Source: Candidatus Omnitrophota bacterium
GTDB taxonomy: Bacteria > Omnitrophota > Gorgyraeia > Gygaellales > Profunditerraquicolaceae
Direction of reading: 5' to 3'
DNA: 64,000 nt
NCBI GenBank assembly: GCA_022710715.1
Contig: JAKLGJ010000002.1
Span: forward strand, 234,171-298,170
The notes under the pieces were generated by a model, which was not told where the DNA came from, searched no databases, and saw only the letters and a program-made list of their open reading frames with translations. The stretch's first letter is position 1. Each line of letters begins with the position of its first letter. A program made the position numbers and the translations under genes. This document shows positions 8,592 through 21,200 of the stretch, piece after piece.

Positions 8592-8927
8592 ATGGTATGC
8601 AAACTATGCGGTAATGAATTCCAGCCTAGCAAATATCACGCCAATCAACAGGTTTGCGGCAGCGCGGAATGTCAGAAGACGAGGCAGCTGCAGAACCAGA
8701 AGGAATGGCGCCAGCGCAATCCGGATTATTTTAAATGCCTCGGCCAAGAACAGGCTTGGAAAGAGAAGCGCCGGCGTTATAATCGCCTCTGGAAAGTCAC
8801 GCACCAGGATTTCCTCAAGGACTACGATCAAGATCACAAAGAGCAGCGCAGGGAATATATGCGCGGCTACATGCGCCGCTACCGTAGTCAATCGTTAACA
8901 GAGAAAAAAGTTAGTATAATTACTTGA
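8592..8927 (+). CDS. small basic Zn-ribbon protein (MVCKLCGNEF...QVCGSAEC then a Lys/Arg/Gln-rich tail), FmdB-like flavour. Leaderless start.
   Basis: CxxC..CxxxxC ribbon. The track ORF uses TTG 8586; ATG 8592 is preferred. The TGA stop at 8925-8927 overlaps the -35 of the giant-gene promoter. Confidence 0.45.
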   Translation: MVCKLCGNEFQPSKYHANQQVCGSAECQKTRQLQNQKEWRQRNPDYFKCLGQEQAWKEKRRRYNRLWKVTHQDFLKDYDQDHKEQRREYMRGYMRRYRSQSLTEKKVSIIT

Positions 8928-8952
8928 CATAGCCATTATTAACGATTATACT
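8924..8952 (+). promoter_or_regulatory. consensus sigma70 promoter of the giant gene (TTGACA 8924-8929, 17-nt spacer, TATACT 8947-8952).
   Basis: Direct reading. Confidence 0.6.
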
Positions 8953-9015
8953 TTTGGTGGAACTAAGTGCTTTTTTAAATAAATGTAAATTTATAAAAAA
9001 AGTACTTCTTATACG

Positions 9016-9092
9016 AAAAAGGCAAACCAAGAGAAATCTTGGGACGCAAAGCCACGGATCCTCGAGAGAGAAACTTTCAGGATAGCCGAGTT
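9016..9092 (+). ncRNA. candidate c-di-GMP-I (GEMM) riboswitch aptamer. GGCAAACC (9021-9028); P1 6-bp stem with GAAA tetraloop (9027-9042); GGGACGCAAAGCC (9041-9053); P2 (ACGGATCC ... GGATAGCCGAG, to ~9090).
   Basis: Same architecture and near-identical conserved blocks as the Vibrio Vc2 aptamer, as remembered: GGCAAA-CCAUUC-GAAA-GAGUGG-GACGCAAAGCC. Confidence 0.6.
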
Positions 9093-9120
9093 ACCGAAAT
9101 GAGTAGCTCGGCTTTCTTGT
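9084..9120 (+). terminator. intrinsic terminator / expression platform. AGCCGAG-16 nt-CTCGGCT hairpin followed by TTCTTGTTT. Its 5' arm is the 3' arm of riboswitch P2, so the two are mutually exclusive.
   Basis: Inverted repeat 9084-9090 / 9107-9113, then a U-rich tract. Confidence 0.55.
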
Positions 9121-9138
9121 TTAAACGAGGGTAAGCCA

Positions 9139-9237
9139 ATGTATGCCTGGCGAAAAACAATCTGGTTTAAAACAGTAGCCCTGACCATGGTCGGGGTATT
9201 TCTGTTTTCTGAAGTTACCTGGGCTGCCAGGTCAGAT
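9139..9237 (+). other. domain: N-terminal signal peptide / membrane anchor (MYAWRKTIWFKTVALTMVGVFLFSEVTWAARS).
   Basis: Hydrophobic core and AxA-like site. Confidence 0.6.
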
Positions 9238-12200
9238 TACAGATATACTGTTCCCTCGGTACCGTATCAAGGCAACAACCCGCTGCCTACCGCTCCCAAA
9301 TCGGGTCTAAAAGAGACGATATGGCAGATGTTCCAAAAGATATCTACTGCTCTGATTCCGCAAGCTTATGCCTTCGATTTCGGCAGTTCAGGTTCACCTA
9401 CCAGTCTTTCTTCGGGTTCTTCTTCCGGATCGTCTTCTTTAGGTTCATCTTCACTGGGTTCCTCCTCTTCCGGTTCGTCTTATTCGGGTTCTTCAGGTTC
9501 ATTTAGTTTCAGCAATCCGGTCAGCTTTTCATCCGTATCAAGCAAGGGAACCGTATCAACAACCTCCAGCTCGTTATTCTCGAGCTTAAGCCCATCGTCC
9601 TCTTTAAGTTCGACCAGCTCGAACGGGTTAAGTAGCATTAAATTCTCTACGCCAAGCACCACTTCTTCTTTAATTAACTCCGGCTTAAACTATACTCAAA
9701 CCAGCGCCTTTTCCAATAATTACTCCAGCAATGTGCCGAATTCGCAGTCTACGATCAGTCCAAGCTTTTCCTTAAATAATACATATTCTGCCCAAACCGG
9801 AACAAACGCTGGCGCAGTGCAGGCTCCCAGCTTGAATTTCTCTAACAGCAGCCCTAACGCGCAACCGACTGTAACGATGCCGCAGCCTACTGCTTCTGCT
9901 ACTATTCCGGCACCTGCGAATTCCGCGAACAATGTTCAGAGCGTAGAAAGAGGTCAGAATGCGGCTAATGTGACCGGCGCTTCCGTTACCGGAGCCCAGG
10001 CAGCCCAGCAGTATGCTTTAGCGGTGAAATCGCCTGCAGCCACAACCACCGATGCGATGAAGGCTTTGTCTGCTAACGCGCCGGTTAAAGAGAACGCAAT
10101 AGCCAATGTTGTGAATGACACGGTTAATTCTGCCATTACCGGAGTGAAAGAGTTAGTGGCTGAAGCTAAAGATAATGCCCAGGTTTCTATGGAGCAGGCA
10201 TATCAGACTGCAGAAAACGCCAAAAAAGCGTTATTCGATAAATTAAATGATCAGAGTGCAGCTTTTGAGCAGGCTTTTATAGAGCTTAAACAGAATGCCC
10301 AGGACACCACGCAAACGGCTAAAGAGATCGGTAGTCAGCTGATCGCCCAGGCGAATATGAAAGTTCAGGAAACCTTTGCCAGCTTGAGCGAGCAGGTCAA
10401 AAAAGATATGGAGCAGACTTACAGCGTGATGTACCAGGCTATCGCTACTGCGGTAGATGCTTTCAACAACAATATGAAGATGCCTCCGCTGAACCAGGCG
10501 ATTACGCCGATGGCGAATCGTCAGTCTGCAGTCAACGAAGACAGCCAGGCGCAGCTCGACAAGAGCAACCTCGTTTCTACCGTATATGATGCTCTGACCC
10601 AATATGCCCTGGATAATCTCAACGCGACTAAAGCCGAATATCAGGATTTCAGCAATATACTTATTGAGACGGTTTCGAAACAGTATCAGCCTACCGGTCC
10701 TCCGGCGGCGAACACCACTTCTTCCGCCTCTAAAACTCTCGTCGATAACTATATCACCGGCGCTGCCGGCTTGGCCGCTAAATCCACTGAACTGCTTTCC
10801 GCTCTCCAGGAAGCCAGCTCTTACGTCAAAGAATACATTTCCAATTATAAGCTGAATGATTCTCTCACTCTGCATTCAAATGATCCGCCCTGCGGCGCCG
10901 TAGCTCTCGCTCCTATCCTCGGCGTCAATGCCGGCACATTATCCACGGAGTTATCTTCCTCTAATAATAACCAGAATTCCATGTACGAGCTGCAGACCGT
11001 AGCTGCGAATCATGGAACTACCCTTAACGGCAGGAATATTTCCTATACCGATCTGACCCAGATCAGCGGCGAATCCACTATCGCTTATCTGGATATGGGC
11101 AACAATCAGGGCCACTATGTGACCGTGACCGGCGCTACCGCTGATACGGTTACTTATTGCGACGCCACCGGCTGCAATACGGTTTCCAGCGCGCAGTTCC
11201 AGTCCCAGTGGACCGGCGCGGTTCTGACCACCAATAATACGGTCGGCCAGCCTATGCCTGAAGCTACTTTAAGACAGACGTACGGCGGATATGACGTTTT
11301 GGGTACCATTTCTTCCGGCTTGAGCACAGCGGCTGGGATGGTTACGGGAGCAGCTGGAGCGCTCGTAGGCGGTGCAAGCAGCGCTATAAACACAGCTCTT
11401 TCCGGCGGCAGCTTGCCCCAGACCGTGAATAGCGGTATTTCCGGGGCCCAGAGCGGGTATAATACCGGCTATCAGCTGGGAAGCACGGCAGTTAAGAGCG
11501 CTGCCAGCACGCTTTCTTCCGGCGCCAGCTCGTTGTTGAGCCTGGGTTCATCTTCTTCGAGCAGCTCTTCCAGCAGCAGCCTGGCCGCCAGCGTCAATTC
11601 CAATAAGAGCACTTCCGGTTTGAGCCTTCTTTCCAACGGATCTGTACTCAATACCAATCTTTTCAGTTCCGGCAATAAGACTACCACCCAGACTACTTCT
11701 AAAACGGCATCCAGCCCGAGCGCGCTTACCAGCCTGACTACCTGGGTTAACAGCGGTATTCAGACCGTCAAGCAGGTGGGCGGCGATACCGCGAAAGAGA
11801 TCATGAGCCTGGGCGCGGCCGATACCGTTACCTATAATAAGGCGGCTTCTTCTCCGACATTCAGCCAGGTTGCTTTGGATACCGCCAAAGAAGTGGTTTC
11901 GTTTGGACAGGCCAATACCGTTACCTATAATAAGGTTCCTGCGTCCACTTCGCTGGTTGATTCTGCCAAGTCTGGATTGAATACAGTTACTGCTGCCGGC
12001 ACTGGTTTCCTGAAAGTCGGCGCAGGAGAAACTTTGAAAGTTACCGGTTCTGTGGTCGGCATTGCCGATCCGAACCTGGGCAAAACCATTCAGAAAGTCG
12101 GCGATGCGCTGATCGCAGATGGCGTTGCTTCCAGCCCGGCAGTAGAGGTTGTTGTGGAGCATCCGCTGACCCAGTTTATCGGCCAGAACGTGAATAAGCA

Positions 12201-15200
12201 GGTGCAGGCGGCTACCGACGGGACCAGAGCGGCGATTGATACTGCCGCGAAAATGATCGAATACAAAGCAGGCGAAACGATTAAAGATATTGTCGCTCCG
12301 GTAGTGAACATGGTCAGCCCGGATGCCGCCAAAGCTTTCAGCAAAGTCGGCGACGCGCTGACTACTGATGCGCGCAAAAATCCGGTCGTGGAAACCGTGG
12401 CTAAGACCGAAGAAGCCTTCAAGCAGGCAGTGGTTGATCCGATCATCACCACCGCGAGCAAAGCTATTGCTCCGGTTACGGAAACTGTGGCTAAAATCAC
12501 CTCTTCTTTTGCCCAGCCGGCACAGTCGTCCGAAACCCCGGTTATTATCGCGCAGTCCTCCAACACCACTCCCAGCATATTCAGCAAAGAAAATCAGGCT
12601 CAAGTCAAAGCTTTGATCAACGGAGTGAACAGCCCGATCAGCGCGCAGGCGGCGACTACCCCGAATGAAGGTTATACCTTCGTCAGCGGCACTGCGGTCA
12701 ACGGCACTGCCGCCAACCAGGCCGTTTCTCCGGCGTTCAACCAGACCCAGACCACTTCGAGCCCTTCGATTGTGTCTACTATCGCTTCGGCCATTTTCTC
12801 CTCTTCCACCGTGCAGAATCCTGCTACCGGCGCCGCCACCACGACGTACAGCGTCCTGGGCGTTCCGGTGGCTACCTATAATACGCAGACCCAGAGCGGC
12901 ACTATCGGCGTGGGCGCGGTTACTTTCATGAACTACAATTACAATTCCTCAACCGGCGCAGTTACCTATACTTTTGCGCCCGGCATCGAAACCTCCAGAC
13001 TGACCCCTGGGGCTAATGGGTCGGGGACTGCTTCAACGCAGACCCCGGCCCGTTACACTACTTCCGGCAATACCACGCCGGCAGTGGATGGGGCGTCTGT
13101 TAATAAAGAAGTGCAGACCAGCAATCCCGGGCAGCAGGTTGGCTTAACCGCAGGTCTGGCAGCCATGGCTGCGGTGATGGGGCCGTTGGGCGTGGCTTTG
13201 CTCACCGGCGCGAACCTGTATAACGCGGCCCAGGACTGGACTACCGTTTCTAAACCTGCGGCTGCAGATGTGGCTTCTGAAGACGCCAGCAGAGCCGTGC
13301 AGGCTTCCACCGGCAATGCCCAGCAGACCGGTATACTCGATGGGATCAAGACGTGGTTTAATAATACCTTCAATAAGGACAATTCTACGATCCAGCAGGA
13401 TCAGCTGATCAAGGATCAGAATCAGGACAAGCAGGTTTCCAACGGCGGCAATCTTCTGCCGGTCCTGGATAAAATCAATGCCAACGGTCTGCTCAAGAAT
13501 ATGAGCGCCAGCAAGACGCTTCCGGCCGGCGCTCCCGCAGGCGAAGCCGTTGTGCCCGCCGGCACCGGCGCCAACAACCAGACTAACGACGCTAATAACC
13601 CTACCAGCCAGGTTAAGGATACCAATGTGATCAACCAGTTCATTTCCTGGGTCGGCGGATGGTTCACCGATCCCAATTCGAGACGTACTACCGGTGTGGC
13701 TCCGCCGTCCGATAACTCTACTACTTCTTCTAATCAAACCGCATCGACTTCTGCCACCACCGGCACCAATCCTATCGCTAGCTTCTTAGGCAATGTCTTG
13801 TCCGCCTTCACCGGCAAAAATGATAAAGCTCTTGATCTTGATCAAACTGTAAGCAGCGCTTCTTTGATCTTCACTGCCATAGCTCCTCAAATCCCGGCAC
13901 TGGCCGCTATCTTTACCGGCAAGAATCCTACCCAGCCTGTAATGGACGGTATCGGCAAGCTTCTGAATCCCGAAAAACCAACCACTGCGATACCCGCTTT
14001 CAAAGTCAATGACACTCTGCTGCAGCAGTACAAAACCTCCTGGCCCAACGGTTATGGCGCGGCCATGGCTAATGTTACCGCGAATCAGGCCGTTCTTGAC
14101 CAGAAAGCCAAAGCCCTGGACCAGTATTTTACTGCAGTCGAAGAAAATGGCAAAACCTACTTACAGCCTAAACCGAATGTTAACCAGGCTGCCGCTGACC
14201 AGGCATATCAAGAATTTCAAGAGGCCCATACCAATTATCTCAATGCTACCAAAGCGGCCAATATAGGAGAAGACGGAAAGATTACTCCTGAAGCCGCGAA
14301 GGCTCTTAATGATTTCGAAGAGGCCTATGATTATGCATCCTTCACCGTTAATAATGGCCAGGGCGCGCAGACGTACAACTATGTCGGCGTGAATGGGTCG
14401 GTCTACGGCATTGACAGCAGCAAGGTTTACACCACCCAGAAAATCGCGGATAACACCTATTTGCTCCAGGATAACGGTAAGACCGTGTCCATTCTCACTA
14501 CCGATGCCCAGGGCGCTCCGGTCTCCATGATGGCGGTTGCTCCCAATGCGCAAGTCAGCACTGTGAACGGCCAGGTCGTTTTGACCTCCGGGGATAATAA
14601 ATACAAAGCTACGGTCAGCCCGGTGAAGAACGCCGCTGACCAGACCGTGCTCCAGGTTTCTGCCGAAGAATTCAAAACCTCTTTTGCGGATTTCGCCAAG
14701 AGCTGGGTTTTGAATGCCATCGGCGTGGAAAACACCGCTCCGGGTAATTATGAATCTGTGGGCGCGGTGAGTTTCAATGTGGGTTATACTGCACAGCATC
14801 CTACCGGAGAAACCACCTATACCTATGCCACCAGCATGCCGCAGCCGGGCGTTGTGGAATTTATTCAGGGGCTCATTGGTGCAAAGGTAACAAAGCAGGA
14901 TTACGAGTTACGCGCCAAAGATCAGACCATTATTTCAACCGGTACCGATGGTGCGCAGAATTATTCCGCTGCCAGAAAGACGACCCTGCAGGATTATGCG
15001 CAGATGGTGCTCAATCCGGAGGTTGACCCTACCACCAAAGCTATTGTTGCTGATCAGGCGGTTGCCCGCGAATTTACTCCTGCCCCGCTTGATTATCTCT
15101 GGGCATATATGACCAGCGGCGGAAATCCCGCTTTGGCCACTATGCAGGTGATGCAGAAAACCAGCGATAAAATAGAAACATTCGGCGCTTCCCAGGATCC

Positions 15201-18200
15201 TTCCGCAGTGATTATCCGTGATTATCGCCAGAGCGTGGAGTATCAGAAGACCATTCAGACCGACGCGTATAAGAATCTCGACGGTCAGCATATGAACGCT
15301 GCTTTAATTACCCGCACCGGAACAGGTTTATATGCTTTTGACGCGACTGTAGGCGCGGCAGCGTACACATTAGGCCTGAACAACAAATGGAATCAGTATG
15401 TTTCCGCGAATCAGGATAAGCTGGCAAGCGCTGGCATTGCTCCGGTTCAGGAAATATATACCGTGCTTGATCTCGGGTTCGATATCCTGACCGCGCTGGC
15501 CATTGCGGATATTGCAATTCCTGGCGGCGATGAAGCTTTGGTTATGGCCGCAAAAGCAGGATCTAAAGGCAGCCAGCTGGCCGTTGCCCAGACTGCGAAG
15601 ACCGGTTTGGCGCAGACTTTCAAACAGGGATTTAAGACTGCGGTGCGCGGCATGGCTACGGAATATGTCAAGGGCGGCGCGGCATTCGTGGCCCTGGATA
15701 ACGGTATTAATCTGGTGGCCAATCATCGTTTGAGCACTCCGGAAGAGATGGGGCAGTCTTTCAAGAGTGGTGCGACGTTGGCAGGAAGTGTAAATCTTTT
15801 GGTAAAAGGGGTAGGGTATGGGTTGAAATGGAAAACAGGGATTTCCACCGAAACGATTTCAAAAACGTTAAAATGGAATGAAGAGACCGGCAAAGTCGTA
15901 GACCAGGAAGGCCGACTGTTCAATTCTGTATCCGCCGCCGAAGATGTGCTTAAAAGCACAGAAGCAACCAAACTAAGCAAATTGAGCGCTGCCGGAAGAG
16001 TTGCTGGCGGCAGCGTTGTGGAACGTTTGATCCAGACCACTGTAGCTCCGGAACTGGCCTCGGTCAGTCTCAAGCAGATCGGCAACTGGGCAGGCATCGG
16101 CGTAGCGATGAACGTGGTCAGCGCGGGGATTTTCGAACACAGGCTTCCTTCCTTTGATGAAGTAATTGTTTCCGGTCTTTCTACAGCCAAGGATGCTTTC
16201 TGGCTGCAGCCGATGTTAGGCCTGGGCCAGCTCGACCGCGCAGTATTGCCGAAGACCAATATTCTGAATCGCCTGGCTGCAGAAGGTCATAGCGTGTCCA
16301 GCGTAGTGAAATTGAGCAAAACCGGCACAAAGTTCATCGAAGAGGGTGGAAAGAGATTAACTAACGTCGCTAAGCGTATGCCGACAGCCGGTGTTCCCGG
16401 AAAGATCACGCAGAAAGTTCTATTGCCGACAGTTCGCCAGGTTGCGGGCGTGATGGACAACGCCTTCTTTATTGCTCCGTTGCTGGAAGTAGAGAAGAGA
16501 GGGCTGGATGCTATTCCTGGCGTCGACGGAACGACCGCCGATAAAATCGCTTTCCTTTCCCTGTTATTCTTGCCTGCGAAAGTCGGTCTGATTGATTCCG
16601 CCCGCGCCAAGAAGAACGCCGTTGATACCTATCCGGACATTGTTAAATTAGGCAAGGTCGAGACATTCTATCAGGATGGTTTATTGAAGGCTACGACAGA
16701 AGGGAAAGAATATATAGCGAGTTATTTTGAACCGCTCTACAAGTCCGTCGATCCCGATACTCAAATTTCGTCGGCTACTCGCGATGTGGAGACCAACAAC
16801 GGTTATGTCCAGTATAAGAGTTTCAAACTGATCGAAGCCCGGGAAGAAGCAGAGACCGGTGTGCATATCTTTAGAAGCCTGGATGCGATCGGAGTGTTGC
16901 CTAAAGTGGGAAAATCCATTTCGGTGGGGAAGGTTGATTATCTGGGCGATTATACGAAGCTGAAAGATCAGCCTGCCGATGCCCAGATCAATCCGGATAC
17001 CAAAGGCAAAGATATAGTTACTTCTTTTCTGGCATATGAGGACGGACGGGTTATCGGCGAAGCAGAAGCAAGCGTGGCTTCAGCGGTGAAAGGGGTGCAA
17101 AAAGTTCTGCTGGAGCGCTCTTTGAACGGAAAATCGGATACTGATCTTGCTGCTATTGCTGCCGCCGGGAAAGCCGCGCTTGACAACAGGCAGGAGTTTG
17201 ACAGGTTAGAGGATGCTGATATTAAGCTGGTCGCGGACAGAATGCGCGTGGCTTCTTTTGTCACCCTGGATGCCAAAGCGGCACAGGATGTACTGTTTGC
17301 TCTGGCCGTAGACGAGAATAATGCGTTTGCCCAGAAACGGATTGCCGATGAAATTAAGATCCGTCAGAATCCCGCCATTGCCCAGGAATATGAGAAATTT
17401 ATCGAAGCCAGACGTACCGAAAAAGAGAGCAAAACAAAAATCTCTAACGAACGCGCCTTGAGTTTGTTGATTGCTGCGGGGATCGCGCCTGCGCTTATTC
17501 AGAGTTCGAATAGTTATCAGGAGAGGGAAAAAGAGTGGAAAGCCCTGGTTGAGGCAAAGACTTCCCGTTTGACCGACGAAACCAGAAGCAGCATCGAACA
17601 GCTTATCAAAAACGACCCGAGAGTGCTCTTGACTCAACCCAGAAGTTTTGATGCGGTTATGACGCTGCGCGGCTTGAGGGATTCCAGGGATATCGATTGG
17701 AAAGCCGGGATTGTCACGGAGAATGGCGAGGTTGTCGGTTATGATGCGAAGCAGCTTCCGCAGTTGCATAGCGATAAAGAAATCGACGGCGAGCTCAAAG
17801 AGGAAATTCAAGCCAGCATCGATAGATTCGGGGAAACGCTTGACGGCACCACTACCTTTGACTATACCAAGTTAATCAGACAGATCCCGGCGTTGATTAC
17901 GGAGCCGTTGCGCGTGATGGGTGAAAGCAGCGGCAGGCTGGTGGTTACTGACGCCGGCGCTGAACAGGGTAAGAGCGCTCTCGGTATTCCGTCAATCGCG
18001 CGTTATTTCATGCGTCGGGGCATCAAAGGAGCAGGCGTTAATCCTACGGCAGAGCTCGCCCGGCAAGGGTTCGATAAAATGGTGAAGGTCGATGCCACTA
18101 GAGATGAAGCCCAGGTGGAGGTTGGCGGGGAGAAAAAGAACGTTCGCATCCTGACCAATGACGATACCAAAGATCCTCTTGCCTTGCTCAAATTTGTGGA

Positions 18201-21200
18201 AGACGCTGATTTTCTTTACTACGATCTGGCAACCTACATGAATCTGCGTTTGCGCGCCAAAGATAATCCGGATTATCTGCCCGTGGTCAAGGCTCTGGAG
18301 AACCGCGATTTTACTCTGCTCGATGAAGTGCAGGATTTGATTTCCGCTGCTCCGCATATCGTCGGCTACGACAACAACAAATTGACCCAGGAGCAAAAAG
18401 ACGCGAATAGCAAGCTCCTCAAAGATCTTTTGCCGGCAATGTGGGGGTTGGCCGGCAAGGCCAAAACAAGCGGGTTTACCCCTAAATTCATTGAGGCCAT
18501 TATTGAAAAAGGAAATGACGAATGGCAGGGTATCGCAGAATGGAGCGGTAAAGAGCCCGGCAAGGGTGTTCTGGAGCCGACAGAGAAATTTTTCAACATT
18601 CCGGGTATGGAGGCTTACCGTGACAATACCCAGATGAAAAAACTTGTTTACGGTATGTTCGAAGCGCTGGGAGGCAAAGGCGGCAACGCCATGTCTTTGA
18701 AAGACGGTAAAGTGTATCCTAATCATAACGGCTACCTGCATGAAGATATGCATTTCCAGAGCGTGGAAAGATCCGTAGCCTACCAGATATTCGGACGTCT
18801 GGCTTTAGAGAACGGCAATGCCGCCGCACACTATAAGAACCTGGGAGATAGCAAGTATCTCGATGCCGAACTGGACAAAGTTGATGTCAGCGACAAATCT
18901 TTACAGACTGTGGCTCTGGAGTTATTCGTCAACCTCAAATCACCACTGAAACTTTCTTTCTCTGCTACGCCGGAAAGCATTATTGGTTTAAGCGAAGTCA
19001 TGGGCGTAACTTTGGCTAAAACGCGGGCAGTTGAGGTGGAAGGCGGAGAAGTGCGTATCGAAACCACTGCATCCCCTGTTCTTAACGTCGATAAATTAGC
19101 TGCCAATTTGGCCGGAGAAGTGAAAGCTTTCTGGGACAGCGGCCGTATGGAGATTAAGTCCACCCGCGACCTCGACCAGATCACCCAGAGGATAAAAGAA
19201 TCGCACGATGCTAATAAGCCTGCAGAGCTAAGGAAGCAAGTCACGATCATCGTAGCCATTGACGGCAATCATTACGATCAGATCGTAAGAATGGCCACTG
19301 AAGCCGGCGTCCCTGTTTATAGCATGGTTGCCGAGAATGGCATATTTAAACAGCTTGATGCAGTCAAGTGGGAAAATGCCGCAGTCAAGAACGGCGAGCG
19401 CGTTAGTCAGGATGATTTGGTTAAGCGCATGAAGACGGGCGATGAAATGGTGGTGCTCTATAACCGCCCGCATTTTCAGGGTATTGATAAATTTGTTCCG
19501 GATAAGCGTGCGGACGACAAGACAATGCTTTCTCGCGAGTGGATTGTGATCGCCGATCGCTCGACCACTTTGAAGAAGCTGGCACAGGCCATTAGAAGGC
19601 CGCGTCTGGATGTGAAGAATGAAGCAATCCCGATGGAGCTCTGGCTGCTGGGCAACGGCAAGGAATTTACCGTTAACCAGGCGTTGGATCAGTTCACCCG
19701 GAATGAAATCCAGGAACTTAATGACCTGCGTTTCAAGACGTTGCATGAAGGAGCGGTTATGGGCTATGACCGCGCTTTCAGCGAAGCTTATGATCGCGCC
19801 GAGAGCGCTGCAGAGAAAGAAGCTATCATTAACGCCTGGAGAGAATATTATTCCAAGACTTCTACGCAGGACAGTATTACCAAGAAACAGGATATCCAGG
19901 CGGATCAATTGTTGCAGTCGCAGCTGACCAGCGCTTCCTCCAGGTTTATTGAAGTGTTTGGTGATGACTTCACGTTTAAGGCAAGCCTCAAGCCTGCGGC
20001 GCTGGAAGTGATCGAAGATTATCTGCTTCAGGCGAACGCCATCAAGTCGGGCGTTACTTTCAGAGGCGATGATGTGGCTCTGGCGGATTTCGTCCGCGAG
20101 AATATCGGCTTGGCTAATTTGCGGCCGGCAGATTACATCAAGGTGATCGAGGGCGCGTATAAAGCCGAGGATCTGGCTAAGCTGGAAGTTTCCACCAAGC
20201 GCACCGGCACGCCGGCAGCGGAAGTGGCGGCTCGTGAAGGGGTGAAGATTCTTTCCCAGGCCAAGGCCGAAGGGCGGGATATTACTGCCGGCGAGCTTTC
20301 TACCGAATTGACGCCGGTGCTGCGCGATGCGGGATTTTCCGCCAAGGATATTCGCAGCGGTATCATGGCGTTATTCGGCATACTCTTCAAGGAAAAGGAT
20401 GCCGCCAAGAATAACGATGACCTGGATAAAGTCATCATGGAATCGAAACATGCCATGACCGACGGTCTGAAAGTGTGGGCGAACAGAGCGGATCCGGCGA
20501 ATATTTACGGCAGCAAATCGACCATGACCACTTTTGGCAAAACCGTGATCGATGCCGAGAATTTGATCAATGGCGAAGAGGACAGCCTGTTGATCTTGAC
20601 TGCGGCGGTACATAACATGCCGGAAGGCGCGAAGAAGACCGAAGCGACCAAGCTCCTGGCCGAATTGGTCCAGAATAATCAGGGCACTTTTGCCAGCTAT
20701 CCGAACTGGATGAGTCTGCATACTCTTGGCGTGATGGATGCTTCAGTGATTTCTTCGCTTATCGGTCTTTACGGCATCTTCAAGGATGACGACACCGGTT
20801 CCGCGTCCCCCTATGTGGATACTTTCAAGGATCTGAATAAAGTCTCGGGAGTCGCATTGAAAGATGTTATCGGGGTGGAAGCCGGCGCTGCCGAACAGAC
20901 GTTGTTGAGCATGGTCAAGAATATCGCCGCGCCTGCGTTCGCCAAAGCCGGATTCGACATGCCGGATTTCGCAGGTATGGATACCGCCAACCAGATGCGG
21001 CGGATCAATAACGCGCTGGACATTCTGGAGCTGGGTATCGAGAACTTCCGCACTTTCTCGCCGGCGATCAGCGGTCTGAAAGGTCTGAATGAGAATAATG
21101 ATATCCTGTTCACTTTGACTTCTCCGCTGAATAATCGGCTGTTCGTTCTGGCCGATGCGCTGGCTCGCGTTGACGTGGAACCGCAGGTGCTCAAGACGTA

